A stretch of 64,000 nt of DNA, taken from NCBI GenBank assembly GCA_037141455.1, contig JBAXCN010000001.1, positions 27,825 to 91,824 on the forward strand, given 5' to 3'. The position numbers and the translations under genes are program-made. This document shows, piece by piece, positions 26,424 through 35,522 of the stretch. The notes beneath the pieces were generated by a model, which did no database searches, had not been told where the DNA came from, and saw only the letters and a program-made list of their open reading frames with translations. Origin of the DNA: Bacteroidota bacterium. Lineage in GTDB: Bacteria > Bacteroidota > Bacteroidia > UKL13-3. Numbering within the stretch: the first letter of the stretch is position 1; every line of letters starts with the position of its first letter.

Positions 26424-27842
26424 TTATTGTTTATTGTACAAATAAAACCAAGATTGTGGGTCAATTTCTACTTTCGATTGTTTTAGTATTTTTAGTGCAG
26501 ATCCCTCATCATCTGAGCTTGTTGTCATTACTCTATATAGTTTAGATCCTATTGATCTATACACATTTGCTTTAAAACCTTTTTTGCGAATAGAATCTCT
26601 ATATTTAATTGCTAAGTCTAAATTTTTTAAACCATAACAAGCAACAACTACATTGTACATATTGTCTGGTTCAGTTACTTCTTCTTTGTTTTCTGCAACC
26701 ACAGGAACTGTAACAACGGCAGGTTCAACTTTAGGTTTAACAGGTTCTGGAACAGGAACAACAACTGGTTCAACTTTAGGTTTAACAGGTTCAGGAACCG
26801 GAACAACTACTGGTTCTACCTTAGGTACAACAGGTTCAGGAACCGGAACAACTATTGGTTCTACCTTAGGTACAACAGGCTCAATAACAGGTTTTACAGG
26901 TTCAGGAACTACTACAGGTTCAATAACCGGAACAACAGCAGGTTCAACTTTTGGTTCAACTTTTGGAACATCAACTACTTTTGGTTTATCAATTACAGGA
27001 ATATTTTCTATTGCTACTTCTTTTGCCTCCTTAGAATAACCGTAATTTGAATAAGCCCAATCAATTAATTCTTTATTTCCTTTAATTCCAAATTTATACG
27101 AAACACCAATCTTTGCCATTAGCTGATTTCTGTAATTTTTTTCTTCACCTGCACCGTCTATCCAATACGATTCAACAAAATTAAAACTAACACTTCCTAA
27201 TAAATCAATTTTATTATTTAAATGGTTTCTTACTTCGTATCCTCCTCTATAATATCTAGTTCCAATTGTTGCTGCACCTTTTCCTTCAAACAAAGGGTAA
27301 TCTAATTTTGAAGTACCTCCACCAACTATATTATTATCATTTCTGTAGCTCATAAAACCAAAACCAAAAACGTAGTAATGATTCCATTTTTTTAAATTTT
27401 CTGGCTCACCAAAAATTAAGTTTCTTAAATTTAATCTACAATCAAATCCTATTGTAGTTGTGAAAGATGAATAATCTTTAATATTTTTCGGATTAGCACT
27501 AGTGCCATTTAAAACTGTATTAGCACTTGAATTTTCTCCAGAAAAGAAAGCTAAATCATACTGTAAACCCAACGATATTTTTGGCGAAAAAGAATACTTA
27601 ACTCCAATTCCACCCATTCCAGTTAAATTATAACCAATTGGAGAAAACATATAAGGTAAACCTAGATTTAAATCAGCACTCCATTTAGAATAGTCTTTTT
27701 TGGGTACACCATCATCATTTTTAACTTTCAACTCACTATTTGTTGTAATTTTTGAAGTTCCTATATTAACTTGTGAAAATAATAATTGTGTAAGTGAGAC
27801 ACACATTAAAGTTAAAAATAGTTTGTTTGTTTTGTTATTCAT
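26424..27842 (-). CDS. Outer-membrane beta-barrel protein with Pro/Val-rich linker and C-terminal SPOR domain
   Basis: Signal peptide. The barrel region is paralogous to that of the neighbouring OmpA-like gene. (K)VEPVVVPVPEPVKP repeats. C-terminal YNVVVACYGLKNLDLAIKYRDSIRKKGFKANVY...LYRVM is SPOR-like. Confidence 0.65.
   Translation of the reverse strand: MNNKTNKLFLTLMCVSLTQLLFSQVNIGTSKITTNSELKVKNDDGVPKKDYSKWSADLNLGLPYMFSPIGYNLTGMGGIGVKYSFSPKISLGLQYDLAFFSGENSSANTVLNGTSANPKNIKDYSSFTTTIGFDCRLNLRNLIFGEPENLKKWNHYYVFGFGFMSYRNDNNIVGGGTSKLDYPLFEGKGAATIGTRYYRGGYEVRNHLNNKIDLLGSVSFNFVESYWIDGAGEEKNYRNQLMAKIGVSYKFGIKGNKELIDWAYSNYGYSKEAKEVAIENIPVIDKPKVVDVPKVEPKVEPAVVPVIEPVVVPEPVKPVIEPVVPKVEPIVVPVPEPVVPKVEPVVVPVPEPVKPKVEPVVVPVPEPVKPKVEPAVVTVPVVAENKEEVTEPDNMYNVVVACYGLKNLDLAIKYRDSIRKKGFKANVYRSIGSKLYRVMTTSSDDEGSALKILKQSKVEIDPQSWFYLYNKQ
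26722..26901. repeat. 45-nt in-frame tandem repeat (about 4 units) inside the SPOR-protein gene
   Basis: ggttcaactttaggtttaacaggttc(t/a)ggaac(a/c)ggaacaac(a/t)act repeats with a 45-nt period and encodes (K)VEPVVVPVPEPVKP units. More degenerate copies extend to ~26990. Confidence 0.8.
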
Positions 27843-27878
27843 ATTATTGATATTGATATACTTAATTTAAAATTTTTA

Positions 27879-27886
27879 CAAATATA
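27879..27886 (-). promoter_or_regulatory. Bacteroidota -7 promoter box (TAnnTTTG)
   Basis: TATATTTG on the minus strand, 36 nt upstream of ATG 27842 of the SPOR-protein gene. Confidence 0.4.
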
Positions 27887-27963
27887 AAAATTATTATTGA
27901 ATAATTCGATTAAATGATAAATTAACAATTTATTATTGTATATTAAAACATCACTTTTGTGGA

Positions 27964-28509
27964 ATGAAAAATGAAAAACGTAATTCTTTTGAACTTTTTA
28001 GAAAAAGTGTGAACGAGATTAAAACTGCCCCTAAAAATAATATTTCGATTGTTTTAGACAATATAAGAAGTGCCCAAAATGTAGGCTCTTTTTTTAGAAC
28101 TTGTGATGCTTTTAATGTTGAAAAAATTTATTTATGTGGTATTACTGCTACTCCACCCAATAAGGAAATTTTCAAAACAGCCCTAGGCTCAACAGAATCA
28201 GTTGATTGGCAATGTTATGAAACTACAACAGAGTGTATAGAATTTTTAAAATTAAATAAATATAAAGTGTATGGTGTAGAACAAACAATTAAAAGTAAAA
28301 TGCTAAATAATGTTGAATTCGATTTTAACAAAACTAACTGTTTTGTTTTTGGTAATGAAGTAGAAGGTATTTCAGCCGATGTAATAAATTTAGTTGATAG
28401 TTGTATTGAAATTCCTCAATTTGGAACTAAACACTCTTTAAATGTATCAGTTTCTGGAGGAATTGTTTTGTGGGATTATATTAGTAAAATGATTTCACAA
28501 AAAATTTAA
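27964..28509 (+). CDS. SpoU/TrmH-family RNA 2'-O-methyltransferase
   Basis: Motifs NVGSFFRTCDAF, VFGNEVEGIS, IPQFGTKHSLNVSVSGGIVLW. Confidence 0.75.
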   Translation: MKNEKRNSFELFRKSVNEIKTAPKNNISIVLDNIRSAQNVGSFFRTCDAFNVEKIYLCGITATPPNKEIFKTALGSTESVDWQCYETTTECIEFLKLNKYKVYGVEQTIKSKMLNNVEFDFNKTNCFVFGNEVEGISADVINLVDSCIEIPQFGTKHSLNVSVSGGIVLWDYISKMISQKI

Positions 28510-28516
28510 ATTAAAC

Positions 28517-28524
28517 TACTTTTG
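28517..28524 (+). promoter_or_regulatory. Bacteroidota -7 promoter box (TAnnTTTG)
   Basis: TACTTTTG, 15 nt upstream of ATG 28540. Confidence 0.35.
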
Positions 28525-28539
28525 CATAAAATTTCATAT

Positions 28540-29115
28540 ATGAAAATAGATACAAGGAATGTAAAATTGATCTTAAAAAAGTTATTGAATTATTTTTTTA
28601 AAGGATTGCTAGTTTGTTTACCAATACTTTTAACTTTTTATGTTGTTTCAAGTGTTGTAATTTCAGTTGATAAAATAATTCCAATTGACATACCTGGAAT
28701 AGGTTTTTTGGTTGTAATTGTTTCTGTAATAATAATCGGTTGGGTTGGTTCAAGTATTATTTCAAAACCGTTATTTAATATAGTTGATGAATTTTTATCG
28801 AGTTTACCTTTTATTAAAATTATATATACTTCTGTTAAAGACTTAATGGAAGCATTTGTTGGAGAAAAGAAAAAATTTTCAAAACCTGTTTTAGTTGAAT
28901 TAACCCAAGGTGTGTTTAAACCAGGCTTTATAACTCAGGATGATTTAAATGACATAGACTTACCCGGGTTAGTTGGTGTTTATTTTCCCCATTCATATGC
29001 ATTTAGTGGCAACTTATTTTTTATAGAAAAAAGTAAAATTAAAAATTATGATGGTAATCCAACTAATTTTATGAAATTTATTGTGAGTGGTGGAGTTACA
29101 GAAATTGGATTCTAA
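28540..29115 (+). CDS. DUF502-family membrane protein
   Basis: Two N-terminal TM helices followed by a ~110-aa soluble domain, a layout typical of DUF502. ATG 28540 lies 16 nt after a TACTTTTG box. Confidence 0.55.
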   Translation: MKIDTRNVKLILKKLLNYFFKGLLVCLPILLTFYVVSSVVISVDKIIPIDIPGIGFLVVIVSVIIIGWVGSSIISKPLFNIVDEFLSSLPFIKIIYTSVKDLMEAFVGEKKKFSKPVLVELTQGVFKPGFITQDDLNDIDLPGLVGVYFPHSYAFSGNLFFIEKSKIKNYDGNPTNFMKFIVSGGVTEIGF

Positions 29116-30007
29116 AAGTTTGAATAACATAATTATTAATTTTTTTAAATTAATACGTTACAAAAACATATTAATTATAACCATCACACAAATATTTAGT
29201 TATTTTTTTTTAAATGATTTAATAGAATTTTCCGAAATTTTTACTAGTAGATTTCTTTATTTAATTGGAGCCACATTTCTATCTGCTGCAGCTGGTTATA
29301 TTATTAATGACTACATGGATATTAAACTAGATATGGTTAATAAACCAAAATCGGTGATAATAGGTAAATATATAAGTAGACGATGGGCTATTTTTTTACA
29401 TTCGGCTTTCAATATTTTAGCAATAACTTTAGCATGGTTTATATCATATAGAGTGGCGTTATTGGTTTTTATTTGTTCTTTATTTTTATGGTTATATTCT
29501 CAATTTTTTAAAAAAAGTTTTTTATTAGGCAATATTTTAGTTGCTTTAATGACAGCCTCAACTATTTTTATATTAATACCATTCGATAATAGGATTAATT
29601 TTATAGCATGCTTAGCTTATTCTATTTTTGCTTTTTTTAGTAATTTAATAAGAGAAATTGTTAAAGATACTGAAGATATAAAAGGCGATTTTAAATTTAA
29701 AGCCAATACAATTCCAATTAAACTTGGAGTAAAAAAAACCAAAAATATTTTAGTTTACTTACAAATTGTATTTATAGTTGGCTGTTTAATTTTAATTTTT
29801 ATTTATAATAAAATTAATTTTTTAAATTATATTAATTTTTTTTCTATATATATACTTATAACAGTTTTATTACCATCAATTTATATTTTATTTTTAATAA
29901 CAAAAGCAGATATAAAGAAAGATTTTACTTTAATAAGTTTTTTACTAAAACTCATAATGATTTTAGGAATTTTGAGCATGGTATTTTGGAAATTAAACAT
30001 ATTTTGA
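29087..30007 (+). CDS. UbiA-family prenyltransferase, DGGGP-synthase-like
   Basis: First Asp-rich motif NDYMDIKLD (NDxxDxxxD). The second motif REIVKDTEDIKGD...NTIPIKLG matches the archaeal digeranylgeranylglyceryl-phosphate synthase pattern. 8-9 TM helices. There is no in-frame ATG near the 5' end (GTG 29087/29090 or TTG). Overlaps the DUF502 gene by up to 29 nt. Confidence 0.7.
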   Translation: MVELQKLDSKSLNNIIINFFKLIRYKNILIITITQIFSYFFLNDLIEFSEIFTSRFLYLIGATFLSAAAGYIINDYMDIKLDMVNKPKSVIIGKYISRRWAIFLHSAFNILAITLAWFISYRVALLVFICSLFLWLYSQFFKKSFLLGNILVALMTASTIFILIPFDNRINFIACLAYSIFAFFSNLIREIVKDTEDIKGDFKFKANTIPIKLGVKKTKNILVYLQIVFIVGCLILIFIYNKINFLNYINFFSIYILITVLLPSIYILFLITKADIKKDFTLISFLLKLIMILGILSMVFWKLNIF

Positions 30008-30075
30008 TAGACTAATTATTTGACTCAAATCAATGAATTTATATAATTATTCATTGTTTTGTATAAATCCCTTTT

Positions 30076-30083
30076 TATTTTTG
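30076..30083 (+). promoter_or_regulatory. Bacteroidota -7 promoter box (TAnnTTTG)
   Basis: TATTTTTG, 17 nt upstream of ATG 30101 of the desaturase gene. Confidence 0.4.
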
Positions 30084-30100
30084 TAATTCAATTTAATCAA

Positions 30101-30835
30101 ATGACAATTTTAACTTTCTTTATACTCCATTGGTACTTATCACTTTTTTGTCAAACATTTTATTTGCACAGATATGCAGCCCACAAAATGTTCACAATGA
30201 ATAAATTTTGGGAGAAATTCTTTTACTTGTTTACTTATTTAACTCAAGGTGCTTCCTATTTAACTCCTCGTCCTTATGCCATAATGCATAGAATGCACCA
30301 TGCCTTCAGTGATACAGAAAAAGATCCACACTCACCGCTTTTTTTTAAAGAAGTAATTACTATGATGAAGTACACTTACAAAATTTTTAGTGGAATTCAT
30401 ACCAATAAACTTGAATATGATGAAAAATTTGACAGAAATTTTCCTGAATGGAAAGCTATAGATTGGATTGCAAATACTTGGACTAGTAGGGTGTTATTTG
30501 GAACGGGATATGTACTTTTTTATTACCACTTTGCCACAAGTTGGTGGATGTATTTACTATTACCAATTCATTTTTTAATGGGGCCAGTTCATGGTGCAAT
30601 AGTAAACTGGGCTGGACATAAATACGGATACAGAAATTTTAATGAAAAAGACCATTCAAAAAATACATTGTTTATTGATTTTTTAATGTTGGGTGAATTA
30701 TTTCAAAATAACCATCATCATGCTGGTTCTCGACCAAATTTTGCTGCTAAGTGGTGGGAAATTGATCCTGTTTATCCAATTATTTTATTTTTAGATAAAA
30801 TTAAAGTAATTCAACTAGTAAGAGTAAAGAAGTAG
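30101..30835 (+). CDS. Membrane fatty-acid (acyl-CoA/acyl-lipid) desaturase
   Basis: Three His boxes HRYAAH, HRMHH, NNHHH. ATG 30101 lies 17 nt after a TATTTTTG box. Confidence 0.75.
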   Translation: MTILTFFILHWYLSLFCQTFYLHRYAAHKMFTMNKFWEKFFYLFTYLTQGASYLTPRPYAIMHRMHHAFSDTEKDPHSPLFFKEVITMMKYTYKIFSGIHTNKLEYDEKFDRNFPEWKAIDWIANTWTSRVLFGTGYVLFYYHFATSWWMYLLLPIHFLMGPVHGAIVNWAGHKYGYRNFNEKDHSKNTLFIDFLMLGELFQNNHHHAGSRPNFAAKWWEIDPVYPIILFLDKIKVIQLVRVKK

Positions 30836-31525
30836 TTAGGCCTTTAGTCCAATTCTTTCATTTACTAATTTCATAATTAATTCTAATTGTTGTACCTGAT
30901 TTATTTTGCTATTGTCAATTTCGATAGCATCAGAGGCTTTAAACAATGGAGAGTCTGCCCGATTTGAGTCAATAAAATCTCTTTTTGTTAAGTTAGCCAA
31001 TACCTCTTCAAAAGTTGTTCCTTTACCTTTGTCTTTTAATTCATCAAATCTTCGTTGAGCCCTAACGTTTGGTTCTGCAGTAATAAACAATTTTAGTTCA
31101 GCATCAGTAAAAACAACAGTTCCAATATCTCTACCATCCATTATTATTCCTCTTTGTTTTCCAATTTCTTGCTGTTGTTTAACTAAAAATCGCCTCACTT
31201 CACTTATTGCACTTACCTCGCTAACAAAGCCAGCAACTCTCGGGTTAACTCTTATTTCGTTTTCAATATTTTCATTATTTAAAAACGTTTCTTGAATTGA
31301 AGTTTCTTTATTTATAACGAATGTTATTTTTATATTTTCTAACGCTTTGTTAACCTCTACAATATTTTTAAAATCAATATTATTTTGAATAAAATATAGA
31401 GTCACTGCTCTATACATAGCACCAGTATCTACATATTTATATTTTAAAATTTTAGAAAGTTCCTTAGCAATTGTGCTTTTCCCACACGATGAATAACCAT
31501 CAATAGCAATAACAATTTGATTCAT
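30836..31525 (-). CDS. cmk: (d)CMP kinase
   Basis: P-loop IAIDGYSSCGKST, YVDTGAMYR, and the DGRDIGTVV lid region. Confidence 0.9.
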   Translation of the reverse strand: MNQIVIAIDGYSSCGKSTIAKELSKILKYKYVDTGAMYRAVTLYFIQNNIDFKNIVEVNKALENIKITFVINKETSIQETFLNNENIENEIRVNPRVAGFVSEVSAISEVRRFLVKQQQEIGKQRGIIMDGRDIGTVVFTDAELKLFITAEPNVRAQRRFDELKDKGKGTTFEEVLANLTKRDFIDSNRADSPLFKASDAIEIDNSKINQVQQLELIMKLVNERIGLKA

Positions 31526-32566
31526 TTAATTTTTCTTTTTATAAAACTCTTGCAAGTTAGTATTAATTGAGAAATGATTAGTTGCATTTCCAGAATAAAA
31601 AGAGGCACTTCCGTAAGAAAACATAAATTTATTTACTTTTATACCAAATCCCCAACTTAAGCCTGCAGAAGTTCTAGCATCAATCAATGCCAATTCTCTT
31701 CTCCTTAAATCATTATAACCAAACCGAAGATTTAGTTTTTTTCCTAAAAGTATTTCAGTACTAAAAATAATGTGGCTCATTGCATAACCCAATACTGTAA
31801 AATCTTCTTCTATTGCATTTCCTGTCGATAAATCAATATTTCTGTTGTTTTTATTTGGGTTTTGATAAAGCAAATTACCAATTTTTTGAAGGTTGTGAGC
31901 AATAATTGAAATACGTAATGGGTTGTGAGCAAATTTTTTGCTAAAACCCATTTGAATATTAAAAGGGTATAATTGCCTGTCGTTTCCAGTGTAAGTAGTT
32001 ATTTGATAACCTAAATTATTAACTACCGCACTAAAAACAAATAAACTATCTTTATTTCTATATGTGGCACCAATATCGGCAGCAACACCTACACTATTGT
32101 AATACTCTAAAACAGAATACACCAATTTAGCTGTAGCTCCTACATTCCATTTTTTTATTGTTCGAGAATTAGAAATATGAAACGCAAAATCATTGGCAGC
32201 AAATGAACCTAAATTATTATTATCAATGTCTTTTTTATCAAAATAACCATAATTCATATACTGTAAGCCAATCATTAAAGGGCCTACTTTTTTAGTATTA
32301 AAAGCATAACCAACATATCCGCTACCAATATCACCAAAGTATTTTAAGTAATTAAAAGTTAATTGTTTATTTAAACTAGCATATAGTAATCCAGGATTAT
32401 TAATTACCAAACTTGCATCGTTGTGTGAGGTGGCTATTGCACTTCCTCCTAAAGCGGCTATTCGTGCATTAGTATAATTATTCAAAAACTCAAATGAACC
32501 TATTCCGCCTCTTTGGGCAAATGTAATTATTGGTAAAAATAGAAAAATATATTTTATGAATTTCAT
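31526..32566 (-). CDS. porQ: PorQ-like type IX secretion outer-membrane beta-barrel protein
   Basis: Signal peptide, N-terminal GSFEFLNNYTNARIAALGGS motif of the PorV/PorQ barrel family, and ~345-aa length. It abuts cmk, as I recall for porQ in other Bacteroidota. Confidence 0.55.
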   Translation of the reverse strand: MKFIKYIFLFLPIITFAQRGGIGSFEFLNNYTNARIAALGGSAIATSHNDASLVINNPGLLYASLNKQLTFNYLKYFGDIGSGYVGYAFNTKKVGPLMIGLQYMNYGYFDKKDIDNNNLGSFAANDFAFHISNSRTIKKWNVGATAKLVYSVLEYYNSVGVAADIGATYRNKDSLFVFSAVVNNLGYQITTYTGNDRQLYPFNIQMGFSKKFAHNPLRISIIAHNLQKIGNLLYQNPNKNNRNIDLSTGNAIEEDFTVLGYAMSHIIFSTEILLGKKLNLRFGYNDLRRRELALIDARTSAGLSWGFGIKVNKFMFSYGSASFYSGNATNHFSINTNLQEFYKKKN

Positions 32567-32728
32567 ATTATCAGTTTAAATTTTAATAACGAATATTATT
32601 TAAAATTAGGATACAATTATAGATATTTTAATTTTTTTTTATTTAAAATAATAAGTTGTGTTTACAATTACTTAACATTGTATTTTATTCACTAAAATAT
32701 ACTTTCGCCCGTAAATAACAATAATAAT

Positions 32729-34129
32729 ATGTTTGGATTAGACCCAACTTTAACAACTTTATTAATCATATGTTTATTTTCTGCATGTGCATTTGAATTC
32801 ATAAACGGATTTCATGACACCGCAAATGCTGTTGCAACTGTAATTTACACAAACTCATTAAAACCTTGGGTAGCTGTAATTTGGAGTGCAATTTGGAACA
32901 GTGTAGGTGTTTTTGCTGGAGGAATTACAGTGGCCATGGGTATAAGTTATTTAATTCCTAGTGAAATGTTGGCCGATCAAAATATTTATCATAGTGTTGC
33001 TTTAATCATGTCGTTGCTGCTTACCGCAATAATATGGAATTTAGGAACTTGGTATTTTGGTATTCCTTGTTCAAGTTCTCATACTTTAGTTGGTAGTATT
33101 TTGGGTGTAGGTTTGGCATACTCATTAATAGCAGAAAAAAGTGGTAATTATGTGAATTGGAGTAAAGCGGGTGATATTGGATTAAGTTTATTAATATCTC
33201 CTCTAATTGGTTTTAGTTTATCAATATTTTTAATGTACGTTCTTAGGGTGTTTGTTAGAAATAAAGCAATATTTAGAGCCCCAAAAACAAACGATCCACC
33301 ACCATTTTGGATAAGAATGATATTATTATTAACATGTACTGGAGTAAGTTATAGTCATGGAAGTAACGATGGGCAAAAAGGAGTTGGTTTAGTTATGTTA
33401 ATTTTAATTGCAATTGTTCCAAGTTATTTTGCAATAAATTTAGAAGTTGATTTATCAAAAGTAAAATACGAAATGCATAATGTAACTTCAATAATTGATA
33501 AAACAATGTCGTCTAAATTGATTAAAGAAGACAGTTTAGAGGTTGCAAAAATTCAATTAATTGCCAATAAAGTTAATTCTAAAATAACATCTAAACCGTT
33601 AGACAGTTTGAGCACAACTGAAAAATTTGAAATTAAATCGGAAGTTACTAAATTAGCAAAAGAAATAGAGATTGTTAGAGCAAGTAAAACCATTCCAATA
33701 AGTATTCAAGATAAATTAAATTTAAAAGAGTCAATAAAATCAGTTAAGTCTATTACTGAGTATTCGCCTGTTTGGGTAATTTTAATGATTTCACTATCGT
33801 TAGGTTTAGGAACAATGATAGGATGGAAACGTATTGTTACCACAATTGGAGAAAAAATTGGAAAGCAACATTTAAATTATGCACAAGGCGCTTCAAGCGA
33901 ATTGGTTGCTGCAGGAACTATTGGTTTGGCAACTGCATTTGGCTTACCAGTTAGTACAACCCAAGTTTTATCTTCAGGTATTGCAGGAAGTATGGTTGCA
34001 AGTAAAGGAATAAAAAACTTACAAGCTGGAACCATAAGGAATATTGCCATCGCATGGGCATTAACTTTGCCCGTTACAATAATATTAGCAGGAGTTTTAT
34101 TTTTACTTTTTAGAAAAATGGCAGGATAA
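32729..34129 (+). CDS. Inorganic phosphate transporter, PiT/PHO4 family
   Basis: FEFINGFHDTANAVAT in the N-terminal half and GSNDGQKG. The repeated PHO4 halves are separated by a ~130-aa hydrophilic insert. Confidence 0.85.
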   Translation: MFGLDPTLTTLLIICLFSACAFEFINGFHDTANAVATVIYTNSLKPWVAVIWSAIWNSVGVFAGGITVAMGISYLIPSEMLADQNIYHSVALIMSLLLTAIIWNLGTWYFGIPCSSSHTLVGSILGVGLAYSLIAEKSGNYVNWSKAGDIGLSLLISPLIGFSLSIFLMYVLRVFVRNKAIFRAPKTNDPPPFWIRMILLLTCTGVSYSHGSNDGQKGVGLVMLILIAIVPSYFAINLEVDLSKVKYEMHNVTSIIDKTMSSKLIKEDSLEVAKIQLIANKVNSKITSKPLDSLSTTEKFEIKSEVTKLAKEIEIVRASKTIPISIQDKLNLKESIKSVKSITEYSPVWVILMISLSLGLGTMIGWKRIVTTIGEKIGKQHLNYAQGASSELVAAGTIGLATAFGLPVSTTQVLSSGIAGSMVASKGIKNLQAGTIRNIAIAWALTLPVTIILAGVLFLLFRKMAG

Positions 34130-34188
34130 TTCCATTAAAAAGGAATTTGCACATTTCTTCAAATCTATTTTTATAATTTATTTTGTTT

Positions 34189-34221
34189 AAAAGCACTTTT
34201 TTTAATAAAAAGTGCTTTTTT
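34189..34221 (+). terminator. Rho-independent terminator after the PiT gene
   Basis: Stem aaagcacttttt / aaaaagtgcttt followed by a T-run. Confidence 0.7.
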
Positions 34222-34490
34222 GTTTTTAGCCTATTTTATTGATAGATACACTTGTTTTCATAAATGCAAGTGCATTTTTTAATACCTTGATTACTTGTTG
34301 AAAATTAAAAACATAATCTCTTAAACCCATATTTTATTGGCATCTTGACTGATATTAACAAGTCTGTTACTAACTTTTTAAAGTATAATAATTTATGCTG
34401 ATGTATAATTGTGAGAGAAAAAAAAAACAAACAAATATTTTTTATAAAAGCTATTTTGCTTTAAACACAAACACAAAGATTATATTAAAA

Positions 34491-35462
34491 ATGCAGAATC
34501 AAGAAGAGTTATTATTGAAAGAAAACAAAGATAGATTTGTAATACTTCCAATAAATTATCCAAGAGTTTGGGAAATGTACAAAAAACATGAAGCAAGTTT
34601 TTGGACAGCTGAAGAAATTGATTTGAGTGATGATTTAAAAGATTGGGCAAAGTTAAATGACGGAGAGCGTCATTTTATTTCACACATATTGGCATTTTTT
34701 GCAGCAAGTGATGGAATAGTTAATGAAAACCTTGCTGTTAATTTTATGAGCGAAGTTCAACTACCTGAAGCTAGGTGTTATTATGGTTTCCAAATAATGA
34801 TGGAAAATATACACAGCGAAACTTATGCCTTGTTAATTGATACTTATATAAAAGATCCAAAAGAAAAGGATAAACTATTTCATGCTATAGATACAGTTCC
34901 AGCTGTAAAGAAAAAAGCTCAATGGGCACTTCGTTGGATTAGTAATGGAACTTTTGCACAACGTTTGGTTGCATTTGCTGCTGTTGAAGGAATATTTTTT
35001 AGTGGTAGTTTTTGTTCTATTTTTTGGATGAAAAAACGTGGTTTAATGCCAGGTTTAACATTTAGTAACGAGCTAATTAGCAGAGATGAAGGAATGCACT
35101 GCGAGTTTGCATGTTTAATGTATAGTATGTTAAGTAATAAATTAAGCCAAGAAGAAGTACATACCATAATTAAAGATGCTGTTGAAATTGAAAAAGAGTT
35201 TGTTTCAGAAGCTTTACCAGTTGATTTAATTGGAATGAACGCTAAATTAATGCAACAATATATTGAATTTGTTGCTGACAGATGGATAGCTGAATTGGGA
35301 TATACAAAAATATATAATACAACAAATCCTTTTGATTTTATGGAAATGATTTCGTTGCAAGGCAAAACCAATTTCTTTGAAAAAAGGGTAGGTGACTACC
35401 AAAAAGCTGGAGTTATGGGCGGCAAAGAAGGCCATGCATTTTCGTTAGAAGAAGATTTTTAA
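34491..35462 (+). CDS. nrdB: Class Ia ribonucleotide reductase beta subunit
   Basis: [24 protein letters not shown] (metal ligands plus the radical Tyr context), [16 protein letters not shown]. Acidic C-terminal tail ...SLEEDF. ATG 34491 is preferred over the ORF-track start 34395. Confidence 0.9.
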   Translation: MQNQEELLLKENKDRFVILPINYPRVWEMYKKHEASFWTAEEIDLSDDLKDWAKLNDGERHFISHILAFFAASDGIVNENLAVNFMSEVQLPEARCYYGFQIMMENIHSETYALLIDTYIKDPKEKDKLFHAIDTVPAVKKKAQWALRWISNGTFAQRLVAFAAVEGIFFSGSFCSIFWMKKRGLMPGLTFSNELISRDEGMHCEFACLMYSMLSNKLSQEEVHTIIKDAVEIEKEFVSEALPVDLIGMNAKLMQQYIEFVADRWIAELGYTKIYNTTNPFDFMEMISLQGKTNFFEKRVGDYQKAGVMGGKEGHAFSLEEDF

Positions 35463-35522
35463 TGAAACAAGAGTGACAAAAATTTAGGTGAAATTTTAAT
35501 TCATAAATCAAAAATTAAAAAG

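Noticed and set aside
26653-27039. 128-aa plus-strand ORF rich in G/T/S (GSTLGLTGSGTGTTTGS...)
   Set aside because: It is the mirror image of the Pro/Val-rich 45-nt repeat of the minus-strand SPOR-protein gene. It has no independent start context and lies entirely inside a well-supported CDS.
29087-29115. Overlap of the DUF502 and UbiA-family ORFs as a programmed frameshift fusion
   Set aside because: No slippery heptamer is evident at the junction. The overlap is explained by a non-ATG start (GTG/TTG) whose exact position is uncertain.
34248-34273. Possible NrdR box upstream of nrdB
   Set aside because: The inverted repeat cacttg-N12-caagtg is 24 nt wide. It does not fit the 16-bp NrdR palindrome I remember (acaCwAtATaTwGtgt), and there is no tandem second box at the expected ~31-nt spacing. 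It is kept only as a low-interest leader observation.
34395-34490. N-terminal extension of the nrdB ORF ([21 protein letters not shown]...)
   Set aside because: It is low-complexity, runs through an A10 tract, and is not homologous to R2 proteins. The conserved R2 N-terminus begins at ATG 34491.
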